The notes below the pieces were generated by a model. The model searched no databases, was not told where the DNA came from, and saw only the letters and a program-made list of their open reading frames with translations. From Eledone cirrhosa (Eukaryota): a DNA stretch of 64,000 nt. Of this stretch, positions 41,605-54,100 are shown piece by piece. Each line of letters begins with the position of its first letter. Within the stretch, counting starts at the first letter, position 1. The position numbers and the translations under genes were made by a program. The stretch is from assembly GCA_964016885.1 (NCBI GenBank), contig OZ024763.1:3844001-3908000 (forward strand), in the 5' to 3' direction.

Positions 41605-41935
41605 GTGTGAAGGTGCATGGTTTAGTAGTTAGGGTATTCGATTCATGAGCATACAGTCGAGAGTTCAATTCCCAGTGGCATGTTGTGTTCTTGAGCTAGA
41701 CACTTTATTTTATGTTGCTCCAGTCCACACAGCTGGCAAAAATGAGTTGCACTTGTAATTCTAAGGGCCAGCCTTGTCACATTCTGTATCATGCTGAATC
41801 TCCCTGAGAACTATGTTGGAGGTACACATGTCAGTGGAATACTCAGCCACTTGCATGTTAATTTCATAAGCAGGCTGTTCCGTTGATCGTATCACCTGGA
41901 ACACTCATTGTCATAATCTATGGGGCGCCAGTTTT
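41605..41935 (+). mobile_element. tRNA-derived SINE
   Basis: TGGTTTAGTAGTT A-box and GAGTTCAATTCC B-box, then a body similar to the SINE at 56845-57176. Confidence 0.7.
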
Positions 41936-42154
41936 ATTTAAATAGGTCTAAAAATTGCAGGTTTCCTTTAACTGAGAAGATAAATATATATATATACACG
42001 TCTCTCTCTCTCTCTCCCCTCTCTCTATGTGTTTATAAATAGTAGTTGATTCAAGTTTCAGTAGATGATCGACAATGCTGGCAATAATATAATAATACAA
42101 TAATAAAATTCTTTTGGTTAAAACTCTGCTCAGATCTATTTAGTCCACCTGGAT

Positions 42155-42210
42155 TCACTGCTCAGAAAGCTTGCTCTTTCGGAAACCATAACCAAAGTAT
42201 ATGATGAATC
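42155..42210 (-). CDS. SLC7A1/2/3-like: CAT terminal coding exon: [18 protein letters not shown]
   Basis: TTTTTCAG acceptor, IYFGYG motif, TGA at 42155-42157. Confidence 0.92.
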
Positions 42211-45200
42211 CTGAAAAAGAAGAATCAAACCAAAAATATGAAGAAATTGCAAGCAATCATGGTGGAGGAGATTAGGGCCTGGTTGGCATTCCTTAATTTA
42301 AGGGCTGTAGGTCACAAATGACTGTTCCCCACAGAGAGGGCTTTTCATTTGGGACCGACTGTTGGTGCCACAAACATAAACCCAGTACACTGTGAGGTGA
42401 TTGGTGTTAGGAAAAATACCCAACTGTCGAAACTGACAAAAAGGATTGAGAGGATCCTCTCTAGTGTTGATGATCTACATCAGAGGTTCTCAAACTTTTG
42501 CCTGTCTCTCACAGCCACGTAATACCTTCAGTGCCCCACAACCCTATTTCCAGAGATAACTGCCTACACTAAAATTGTAAATAATATATAATAAATAATA
42601 TAATATATACTATGTATAAATAAATATTATAATTTTTATTTTACTATATTTATATATAATATCTATCATTTGTATACAGAAGACCCGCCTTTCCTATGCA
42701 CAAAGCGAAACCTACAGTCAGTAGGCACCTCTTAACCAAATATATACCCCATCCCACTACCCCAACTCCCCCACCTCACCCCCACCAACACCACCCCTTT
42801 CTCTATAAAGTTATGCTGGTACCACAACATCCAGTAATGTGGCCGTGTAGGTAACACGGTAAAAACTTCCCAGTCCACACTGTAAATGTGGTTGGTGTTA
42901 GGAAGGGCATCCAGCCGTAGAAAACCTGCCAGACAGTCCTATATGAGTGAGACACGGTCACCCGACCAATCTTGCCTCAAGTGGGACAATTCCCATCTAA
43001 CCCATGCTAGTGTGGAAGATAGACGTTAAACAATGATGATGATTTGATATTTAATATACTATTATATCATCTCTACCGCCCCCTTAGGCCCCAGTGTCCC
43101 CGTGAACCTTCTCAATGGAAGAGCATGTAGCCATAAAACGATTGCCACACAAAGGATTAGGAGAGTGTGGTCTATTTACTTCTAGACATAATTTTTTATG
43201 TATTTATTTGTTTTTGTCGAAAGACCCCTTAAATTATTCTGTTCATTCTTTGCTTTGTTGTTGTCTCATATTATCTTATCCACAGAGTGATCCTCCAATC
43301 TGTTGTGCAGTATCACCTTAATGCATGAAATTGCATGCTAGCAAGGTGGTTGATGAGGCAAAGATGCAGCTGTCTGTCTTATGTAACTGTGTGCATATTC
43401 TGATATATATATATATGTATATATATTTATATTTATATACATACTGACATTAAAAAGGGTATTCTACCCTGCCAAAAATGGAATGTAGTGAATGAGACAT
43501 GCCCCATGTATTTAACCAGTGAAGGAAGACTGTAGTTCCAATTAAGATGATGATGATGAGTATGATGACAATGATGACAACACTACAAATGGGAAGGGTC
43601 AAATATCAGCCAATTGTTAAAGGTGAGAGAGAAAGGTGGGTACAAACCTATAACCATCCATATACAAAATCGTATCCATGTGGAAACTGGTAATTTCAAC
43701 ATGAGATAAATGTTCATAGCGGCACTAAACTCTGGCAAAAATGGCACAAGTGGCACCTGAAAAAATAAATTATTGGAATTTTAAAGCAAGGGAAGGGGAA
43801 GAGGGGGCCCACATACAGGGGGAGTCAAAAGTAGCGCCTGGTTCCTGTTTTAGGGCTGTCATTTTGTTGTTTGTTTGCCATTTGTATTAGAATGTGCAAA
43901 AAGGTAGAAATAAATGAAAGACAGGTCTCCAAATTAATTATTTCAAATTATTCCATTTATTGAGGAATAAGGAATTGAAAGCGACTGATTTACTTTCAAT
44001 GCTGAAAGTGTCCTTCCTCGTGATTGATGTACAACTAAGCAGGCAGAGAGAGACACACTTGCAGAGTTTGCTATCCCTTCAAACAGAGAAAAGGGATTGA
44101 CAACATCCAGGCAGCAGCAGCAGTAACAGCAACAGCAACAACAACAACAGCAACAACAACATGAGTACAACTTCCCAGACCCAGTATGTCGATGTGTTTT
44201 GACATATTTCTAATGAAAGAAACTGTTTATAATTTTCAAATCCTTTTTTAAATTAATAATAAAAATTTGAAGGGCTTTCACTTCCTTGTGGTTATTAGAT
44301 ACATATAAACATTTTAACCCTTTCATTCTCATATTTCTAATGAAAGACACTGCCAATGATTTTCAAATAATTTTGAAAGTAATTAAGAATTTTGGGGGAT
44401 TTAGTGATATAACTTTCAAGAGAAGGAGAAGGATTAGTGTTTTTCTACTTACTTTGAATGGAATGATTGCAGTGTTGCTTGGTTGCATGGCAATAATTAT
44501 TATTAAGATGATGATGATGATTACAAATTGGACGATTAGGTAAATGGCCCAACCTCTGGACAGGTCAGCATTGACCAGGACCAGGCAGAAAGCAATTACA
44601 AACAGACCTGTATAATAATAATAATAATAATAATAATAATTTCTTTCTTTATTAGCCACACAGGGCTCACATTAAGGAAACATTAAAGACGGTACAGGAT
44701 GATACAGGGGGGGGGGGGGGGTAAAATAAAATTATAAAAGAGATTAAGAAAATAAACATTTAAAAACAAACATAACAACTTCCCCAAAGGTGAGGAGACT
44801 CTAAGGGTTACTAGTGTAGAAATCCCACAAAAGCCACAGTCACCCTGTCCGCTAGGGCAAAGTACCCTCTCCCAGTCTTTCTACTCCAATCTACAGGTGT
44901 ATGCTCAAGGCAGGCCCATTCACAAGGACCAGGCTCGCCACTCTCACCCACCTTTCAACAAACTGGTTGCAAGGCAGCACTTCCCTCTCAACCCTGATTT
45001 TCCTCTTCATGTGAAAGCTAAAAAAATTATTCAGGGCTTCGCCGAAGAGGAAAATGGCTGTCTTCAACCCTTTCAAACGTGTCCACCACACAACCTTTTC
45101 CACTAGGCAGATAAAAACTGCACTTCCATGCCTGTAGAATCTATCTCAAACTGGCAAAGCTCCTCAGTAGCACTACCAGACCAGGTATTTCTGGAAGTTA

Positions 45201-48200
45201 TCCATGAGCCCTGGACTGAAAATCCTCTGGAAAAGAGTGGCTTGAGGATTTCCATCAACACCCAGAGTCATAAACATACATTAGATAGTGTGACAAATTG
45301 AAAACTGTGGTTAAGGGGACAAAGCCATAGAAGCCACCACAACAATGAAAATACAATCAGGTTAAATTACAAACATGGACTGTATTGTAGGGTATTATAT
45401 ATTGGTTTCCTTGAATTCAAAATCAACAATCCGACTTGCGCATTATGCAAGATTTTGGTAATTGTAGACTGAAACGGGGACTCATGTTATCAACAGGTTT
45501 CTGTTCTGTGCCTGAGACCAGTATATATACATATATATATATTGTGTTCCGAAGAGATTGTTTTGGTAAAAAACAGGAGCAAGCAGGAGAAAGCTCTCAA
45601 CGTTCGTAGTGTGTAGTTACGATGGAGTTTCAGTTTAATAACATTAATAAAGATGCTGATGTTAGATAAATCGTTTATTCATTATAATTATTTCAACGGT
45701 TCTCCCATGCAATCAAGATGTAATTCATGCATTTGTTGTTGTTATGAGAACAGTAGCCTCAGATGAAATTTGATTTTGTGATCTTCTGCCGGCAGGAAAA
45801 AACACGTCCTTCTGCTTGTGCATCCAGCAGACATAACAACAAATACATGAATTACATCTTGATTGCATGGGAGAACCGTTGAAATAATTATAATGAATAC
45901 ACAATTTATGTAACATCAGCATCTTTATTAATGTTATTGTTAATGTGTGTGTGTGTATGTGTATGTGTGTGTGTGTGTATTTATTTATTTATTTATATAT
46001 ACTTACTGAGTAATGATGAAACTGCCACCACAATGGTTTCACTAACTTTGGTAGGAAAGGGATAATCTGGTTTTATCAGTTGCTTCAAGTGAAATGTGTC
46101 ACCAAACTCTGTCCCATCATTCTCTACACTAACAGAATAGAAAAAAAAATGACATGTATTTATTAATATCAGACTTTACAGAAAGTTGAGAGAAAAAGAA
46201 ATTAAACATGGCTGTGTGCTTAAGGAGTTTGTTTGGCATTCATGTGGCTTAGATTTCACTCCCACACATGGCACCTTGGGTAAGTTCTTCCTCAGATTTA
46301 CCAATGTCTTCTGAGTGCAATTTGGTGGACAGAAATTGCAAAAGCCCGTAATATATAAATTCTTCAATAACACACACTTTATATATCACATGACACATGC
46401 TTCACATATCATATGCTTCACAAATGACCGGTTCACTGATTTAACCCATTAGCATTTAAACCGGCTGTATCCGGCCAGAATTATCTCACCTCTTCCTGTT
46501 CAAACTGGCTGTAATGAGCCACTCAAACTTACGTTAAGGTATTGTTCTTAAAATAAATAATATCAAAATCTCATAGATTCGATATTATGTAAGATAACTA
46601 TGTGAAGTAAAGTCTTTACCGTGAAGATATAATAGTAAATATAGATTACTGTAAATGCTAAAGGGTTAATCAGTTGAATTCAGCTTGACTCTAGAATCGA
46701 TTTGCTCATTAAATGCAATGGAGATTAGAATTAGAATATGTGTATGTCCATTGTTGTTATACAGTTATACAAGATTTTTGTGATCCACAAAATCTACAAA
46801 ATCAAGGCAGATCCAAAAAGATTTACAAAAATCCCACAAAAATCCTACAAAATCCTCGCCAAATCCCACAACAATTCCACAGATCTGAGAAATCTGTCAA
46901 CTTACTTGAAATCCCCATTATCACCTTCTGGTTTTATCTCAGTTTCCTCACCTTCGAAAGCCTTGACTTTATATCTAAAACTCCAGAAAACAAAACAAGA
47001 GACACAAAGAAACAAGAAAATATAATGAACAAGAGAAAACAAGATCTTCACCTCCTCTAATGATTTAGTCAGAAAATATCTATAAAGAGGTTTGTTAATT
47101 CGAATGTTTACAGCAGAGGTTCTCAAAATGGGCATTAAGTGGGGACATTGAGAAGGTCTGAGTGGACGCTGGGGGCCTACAGTGGCGGTAGATATGATAT
47201 AATAGTATATTAAATATCAAATGATACATATTATATATAAATATAGTAAAATATAAAATATATAATATCTATTTATACATAGTATATATTATATTATATT
47301 ATTATATGTAAATTAACGATTTCATTTATTATATATTATTTACAATTTGTGTGTAGGTAAGTCTCTCTGTAAATATGGTTGGGGACGTGCTGAGTGTATT
47401 ACATGACCGTGAGGGGGCGGGGTAGTGGCCCAAACAGTTTGACAACCTCTGGTTTACACTATCTTTACTAGTGGATAGATCATTGTGAATATTTGCAGTG
47501 ATAGAATAAAGACTTTAATATTTAATGTCATGCTATCATAATACTGTTTTGTACTTTTCAAGAATGTCTTGCTAATGGGGTTTATGTGGTTTGTTAATTC
47601 AAATGTTTATAGCATCTTTACTAGGGTACAGATCATTGCGAACATTTGTTGTATAAAAGTAAAAACTTCAATATTTATTAATGTGATACAGTAATAATGT
47701 TGTTTTATATGTTTAAGCAATATTTTGCTAATGTGGTTTCATGTGGGACAGGACGTTAAGAGCCAATCTATCTCTATATTACTAAACGTCTGTGATTGCT
47801 TGCTGTGATTGCAGTAGGTGATATGAAATGATGCTAAAGTTCCATTTTCTTGTTAGTTTACTCTCTCGGAGAATAAATGATGTACGAATGTGACGAGTAG
47901 AGAGATGCTGTGCTTAAAAGTACCCATCTAACCCATGCAAGCGTGGAAAAACAGACACAAAAATGATGAGGACGATGATGATATATGTATATGTATGTAT
48001 ATATATATATGAGACCATACATACATACATATATACCTATATAGATATATAGATATACTCACCGTAAGATAATGACACACTTGGCCACAAATGTGTAGGC
48101 TAGAAGGGTTCCTATAGACATCATATTCACCAGTTCAGTGAGATCAAACATGAGAGCTGTCAAACCTACATTGATGGTGTTTTGGGTGAGGTAGAACAAA

Positions 48201-48890
48201 GAGAGAAAGTTTGATATTAAGTTGGGTCACAAGGTTACAGAGTAGGGGGCTGTATTAAATTTGGGGTCACAAGGTTACAGAGAAGGGGGCTGTATTAAAG
48301 TTGGGGTCTCAAGGTTACAGAGAAGGGGGCTGTATTAAAGTTTGGGTCACAAGGTTACAGAGAAGGGGCTGTATTAAAGTTGGGGTTACAAGATTACAGA
48401 GAAGGGGGTTATATTAAAGTTGGGATCACAATGTTACAGAGAAGGGGAGGGGGGGCTGTATTAAGGTTGGGATCACAAGGTTACAGAGAGGGGGGGGGGG
48501 CTGTATTAAAGTTGGGGTCACAATGTTACAGAGAAGAGGGGGGGGGACTGTATTAAGGTTAGAATCAGAGAGTATGGGGTGATATATATATATATATAAA
48601 TATATATGAGATTCTACAGGACTAGAACCGTTTCATTCTTTAGAAATCATCACCTCCGATTCAACCCGGAATAACGTATATATATATATATATAACAAAG
48701 GAGATGTGGTAAGGAACCAGATGGACCATAACGCACCAAAGTACTGAATACTTAGGGTAGTAGAGTGGGTAATAGGAACGAGTAGGACCCCGACGGCTGA
48801 GCTCAAGCCGTTTTGATGGCTAATTCTGGACTGAATTAGCCGTCGATACGGCTTGAACTCAGCCGCCGGGGTCCTACTCGTTCCTATATA

Positions 48891-48925
<35 letters not shown>

Positions 48926-50482
48926 AGAGAGAGAAAGAGAGAGAGTATTATTTTAACTTAGAGCCACAAGATCACAGAGGAAGGTTGTAGTGGTGTAAAG
49001 AGGCAGGCAGACAGGCAGCCAACCACACAGACAGACAGACAGATAGCTAATCAGATAGACTGATAGACAAACAGATGGACATCTAAGCAGACAAACAAAT
49101 AGTCGGACAGACAGACAGACAGATATGGCCCTAAAGGAACAAAAGAAATGGAATGACCTGAAAACAATCCAGCTACCAGTGTTGCTAAAACAGGGGTCTT
49201 GAATCTTTCGGACACACTTGAGAGTTGACCAAAGATGATTCGGTCCTCTGCCATGGCATATACCACCCTGGGTAGGGGAAATATTGCACCAACCATGCTG
49301 AAATATAATGGGGTGGATATATAGAGTAATACAACGGTTGACATACTATATACCCCTTGTATGATGTATTAAATGAATCGATATATAGTATATATATATA
49401 TATATATATATAAACGGAAAAAATGAAACGAAATTTCATTTCCCACTCTTAGTACGGCTGTTACTTAAATATGACGATAGCTAATAAGCTTGAAACTAGT
49501 ACAGCGTTCCTTTGTCAGTGTTGAACAAACGAGCAACGATGGTTGCTAGACACTACGGCTTAATACGGATGTTTGTTTACAAACACACCGAGCATTATAA
49601 TAAATGTTCGGTGAATCCATACGTACATATATATGTGTGCATGTATGTATATATATATATACATACTACTGTACGTCTGTATACATATATGTATGTACGT
49701 GTACATACTTATACATATATATATATATACATATATATATAGATATATTTATTTTTATATGTGGTCTACCCCTGGTGGTAGGGTCCGTACTATAGATAGA
49801 ACTCAATGTAATCTGATGGCGAGTCATCCAGTGAAATCCATAGAAAGGTTCTGTGTTCCACTGAGTTAATTCCTTAGATACAGAGTCAGAGATTAGGTAT
49901 TAATTTAACAATGAAAATAAGGAGATGGTCTGATCGAACCTATATATGAAGTCTGATAGTATACAGTAATATAACTGCTATAGATCAGACAATATGTCAA
50001 TATGATCAACCCTCTGAAACGATCGTAAAACAATGATAAATAAGTAAAATAACTTGACTTTGTTGTTATTATTTTCATTGTTAAATTAATATCTAAGTAT
50101 ATATATATATATTCTCTAAGGCGGGTAAAATTCCCAAGATCCATGGACGAGTTCTCTCCAGCGGTCTCTGTCCCTCATTTTCGCTGCCATGTCCTGCGTC
50201 TCCAACAGACCAGTGTCTGTCCTTAGGGCATCAACATACGTTAACCTTGGTCTTCTTCTTCCAGTGTGTCCATGTAGGGGCTCCCAAAGGAGCACTGAGT
50301 GCAATGTCAACTCTGGATGTCGGTGAGCATGTCCAGCTAACCTCAGTCTCCTCTGTATCACTTTTGAGCTGACTTTTGGGAGGCTCCCGTACAGCTCTGA
50401 GTTGGACACTGACCAAGAAACTCACTCAGATGGCGGATGGGTGCTACACGAGAATGCTGAGGATGGCTCTGAACATTAATCA

Positions 50483-50525
<43 letters not shown>

Positions 50526-51072
50526 ATATTAACAAATGGAAACTATATTTATAAAACCATATTTATTTTATTATATATATTTCAAGGGCCACCAAGGCAA
50601 ATTATGGTGCGCTTTCATCAGATAAAATACAATACAGATTTGTTTTATAAATAAATATTGTCATACCCTGAAAAAAAGACAACCTTAACTTGGTGGCCCT
50701 TGAAATATGTATAATAAAATAAATATGGTTTTATAAATATAATTTCCATTTGTTAATATATTGTATATTTACTCCACTAATATGTTGAGTGCTTTATATC
50801 AGTTATAAAAATGTTTAAGCTTGCTGAATCCCAACAAATTAAATATAACCTCTGCATATATATATATATAATTGGTTATGCACGAGTGCATTAATGTTTT
50901 CCAGGACACAGAGTTATGTACCGATTGGGATCGATTGTGCATTGGATATCGAATGCTCTACTAAATATATAATATTATAGATCTAGCGAGATCTAGGCAA
51001 ATAGATGTCTATTGAAACGTACGTAAGAACCGAATAAATCTCTTTTACTGCATCTTTCTGTTCTTTTTAATT

Positions 51073-51112
<40 letters not shown>

Positions 51113-54100
51113 TTTAGTACAGCATAGACGAAGCTCTAGTATACGGCCAAGCTAGCGTGTATGCTTATTCGGTTTGTAGCTTTAGCACTCAGATGAGGTA
51201 AGACCCCAGAGTAATAACATTATGTTCAGACAGCTTAGCAAATTAGATATAGCAGTTGGCAGTCCGACCGCATTACCAGAGCAACGAAAATACAGGACCC
51301 AGGAAAAGATTATATATATATATATATATATTTATATCTATTAAAATAACAGATTAAAGTTTAAGCAAAGAATCGCTGCTTTCACCCTTAACGGGATCTT
51401 CTGAAACTAACAAAGTCAATCTGTAAACGCAGAAGTGGATATTTCAAAAAACGTAGCAACCGGAGGAAGACAGGAAGACGATACTTTGGTTCGAGCCCTC
51501 TTTGGATTTTAGTCTTGAAATTTATTATTATTACTATATATATTTATATATAGTTGTCCCCTGGTATTTGCAGGGGTTATATTCCTAGAACACCCATGAA
51601 GTGTGAAAAACTGCAAATATTGGACGTGGTCCATAAAAATGCCTATAAACGTCAAAACCTAACATAAAATAAAGGCTGCTAAATATGATATATTGTTATT
51701 AATAATTTAACGTTAAAAAAGCGTGGAGAAATATATATATTGCCACGGAAAAAAGCATAAAAAAACTCCGAAGATATTTACGATTCCGTGAATATGTGGT
51801 GGTTTCCGGAAACAATTATTAGTTAGGTTCTGAGGACAATTCCTTGAATAACGGGGACTGTGAATGCTGGGACTGCAAATGCCACGGGTACGCTGTATAT
51901 ATATATATATATACCCTAAAAAGGGACACATTGACAAAGACAACACCAAAAACAACCGAAAAATGGACAGTCCTAATCTCTTCAATCAACCTCTGGAAAT
52001 CAGTAAAGTTTCAGTAAAATTAAGGTTGGTATTGTTCATTCAACGCTGGGACATAACAAAACTAGTAGAGACAAAAACAGGATAAGTGTTACCTTTCAAA
52101 GAATTACACAAAGACAAAAAAAGAAAAAATGCTGAATGTCAAAGGTGTGTGTGGAGTCTGTTTACCTGGATGTCAAAGGTGTATGGAGTTTGTTTACCTG
52201 GATGTCAAAGGTGTGTGTGGAGTCTGTTTACCTGGATGTCAAAGGGGTGTGTGTGGAGTCTGTTTACCTGGATGTCAAAGGTGTGTGTGGAGTCTGTTTA
52301 CCTGGATGTCAAAGGTGTATGGCGTCTGTTTACCTGGATGTCAAAGGTGTATGGAGTTTGTTTACCTGGATGTCAAGGGTGTATACATTCTATTTACCTG
52401 GATGTGGAAGGTGTATGAATTCTATTTACCTGGATGTCAAGGCACAGATGCCACCAATTGTGATTACATATTTGGCAATGGTCCAACCAATTCTATTAAA
52501 GACAAATGGTAAAGAAGCACTGGTGTCTAGTAGATAGTAGGGACACATTGTTGTTAGAACAAGTGATATGAGGCAATAGAAGACAAACACGATAGTCAAA
52601 CTAATAATTATACTAATCGGGATGGACTTCTGTGGATTTTTCGCTTCTTCACCTGCAAAGAATAGAAAATTAATGTAAGATTGGAAATAAAGTGGAAACC
52701 AGATAAAATGAAAAAAATGATATTTTTTCTTGTGATTTTCCTCAATAATTTATCATATGTATATATATATACATGTATGTATGTGCATATATATATATAG
52801 TTAATTATGTGTGGGTGCATGTGCGAGTGTATGTACGTATATGTGTATATATATATATATATAAGTATGTATATTATCATCATTGTCATCGTTTTCAACG
52901 TCATCACCATTTTGCGTCCTTTTTCTATGCTGAGTGGTGACAGTAACAGCAGCAGCAGTAGTAGTAGTAGTAGTAGTAGTAATGGTGGTGTGGGAAGTAG
53001 TAGTAGTGGAAGTAGTAACAGTAGTAGTAGTAACTCACCTGTGGTGGCAATACAGTCAAAGCCTACGAATCCATAGAAGCATGTCGCAGCACCAGACAAC
53101 ATTCCTGAGACACCATATGGCATGAAACCACCCTTACCATACCCTGGGGGTACCTGTAATGTATAAAGGTACCAGACAACATTCCTGAGACACCATATGG
53201 CATGAAACCACCCTTACCATACCCTGGGGGTACCTGTAATGTATAAAGGTACCAGACAACATTCCTGAGACACCATATGGCATGAAACCACCCTTACCAT
53301 ACCCTGGGGGTACCTGTAATGTATAAAGGTACCAGACAACATTCCTGAGACACCATATGGCATGAAACCATCCTTACCATACCCTGGGGGTACCTGTAAT
53401 GTATAAAGGTACCAGATAACATTCCTGAGACACTATATGGCATGAAACCACCCTTACCATACCCTGGGGGTACCTGTAATGTATAAAGGTACCAGACAAC
53501 ATTCCTGAGACACCATATGGCATGAAACCACCCTTACCATACCCTGGGGGTACCTGTAATGTATAAAGGTACCAGACAACATTCCTGAGACACCATATGG
53601 CATGAAACCACCCTTACCATACCCTGGGGGTACCTGTAATGTATAAAGGTACCAGATAACATTCCTGAGACACTATATGGCATGAAACCACCCTTACCAT
53701 ACCCTGGGGGTACCTGTAATGTATAAAGGTACCAGACAACATTCCTGAGACACCATACGGCATGAAACCACCCTTACCATACCCTGGGGGTACCTGTAAT
53801 GTATAAAGGTACCAGACAACATTCCTGAGACACCATACGGCATGAAACCACCCTTAGCATACCCTGGGGGTACCTGTAATGTATAAAGGTACCAGACAAC
53901 ATTCCTGAGACACCATATGGCATGAAACCACCCTTACCATACCCTGGGGGTACCTGTAATGTATAAAGGTACCAGACAACATTCCTGAGACACTATATGG
54001 CATGAAACCACCCTTAGCATACCCTGGGGGTACCTGTAATGTATAAAGGTACCAGACAACATTCCTGAGACACCATATGGCATGAAACCACCCTTACCAT

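Noticed and set aside
43943-44170. Candidate CAT exon or poly-Cys/poly-Gln protein
   Set aside because: A (CAG/CAA)n microsatellite in an intron; exon 44453-44607 already joins in phase to 43756 and fits the family pattern.
53154-53172. 19-nt GT...AG micro-introns within each 80-bp unit, which would make a repetitive coding region
   Set aside because: Far below the usual metazoan intron size, and the remaining 61-nt pieces would shift frame.
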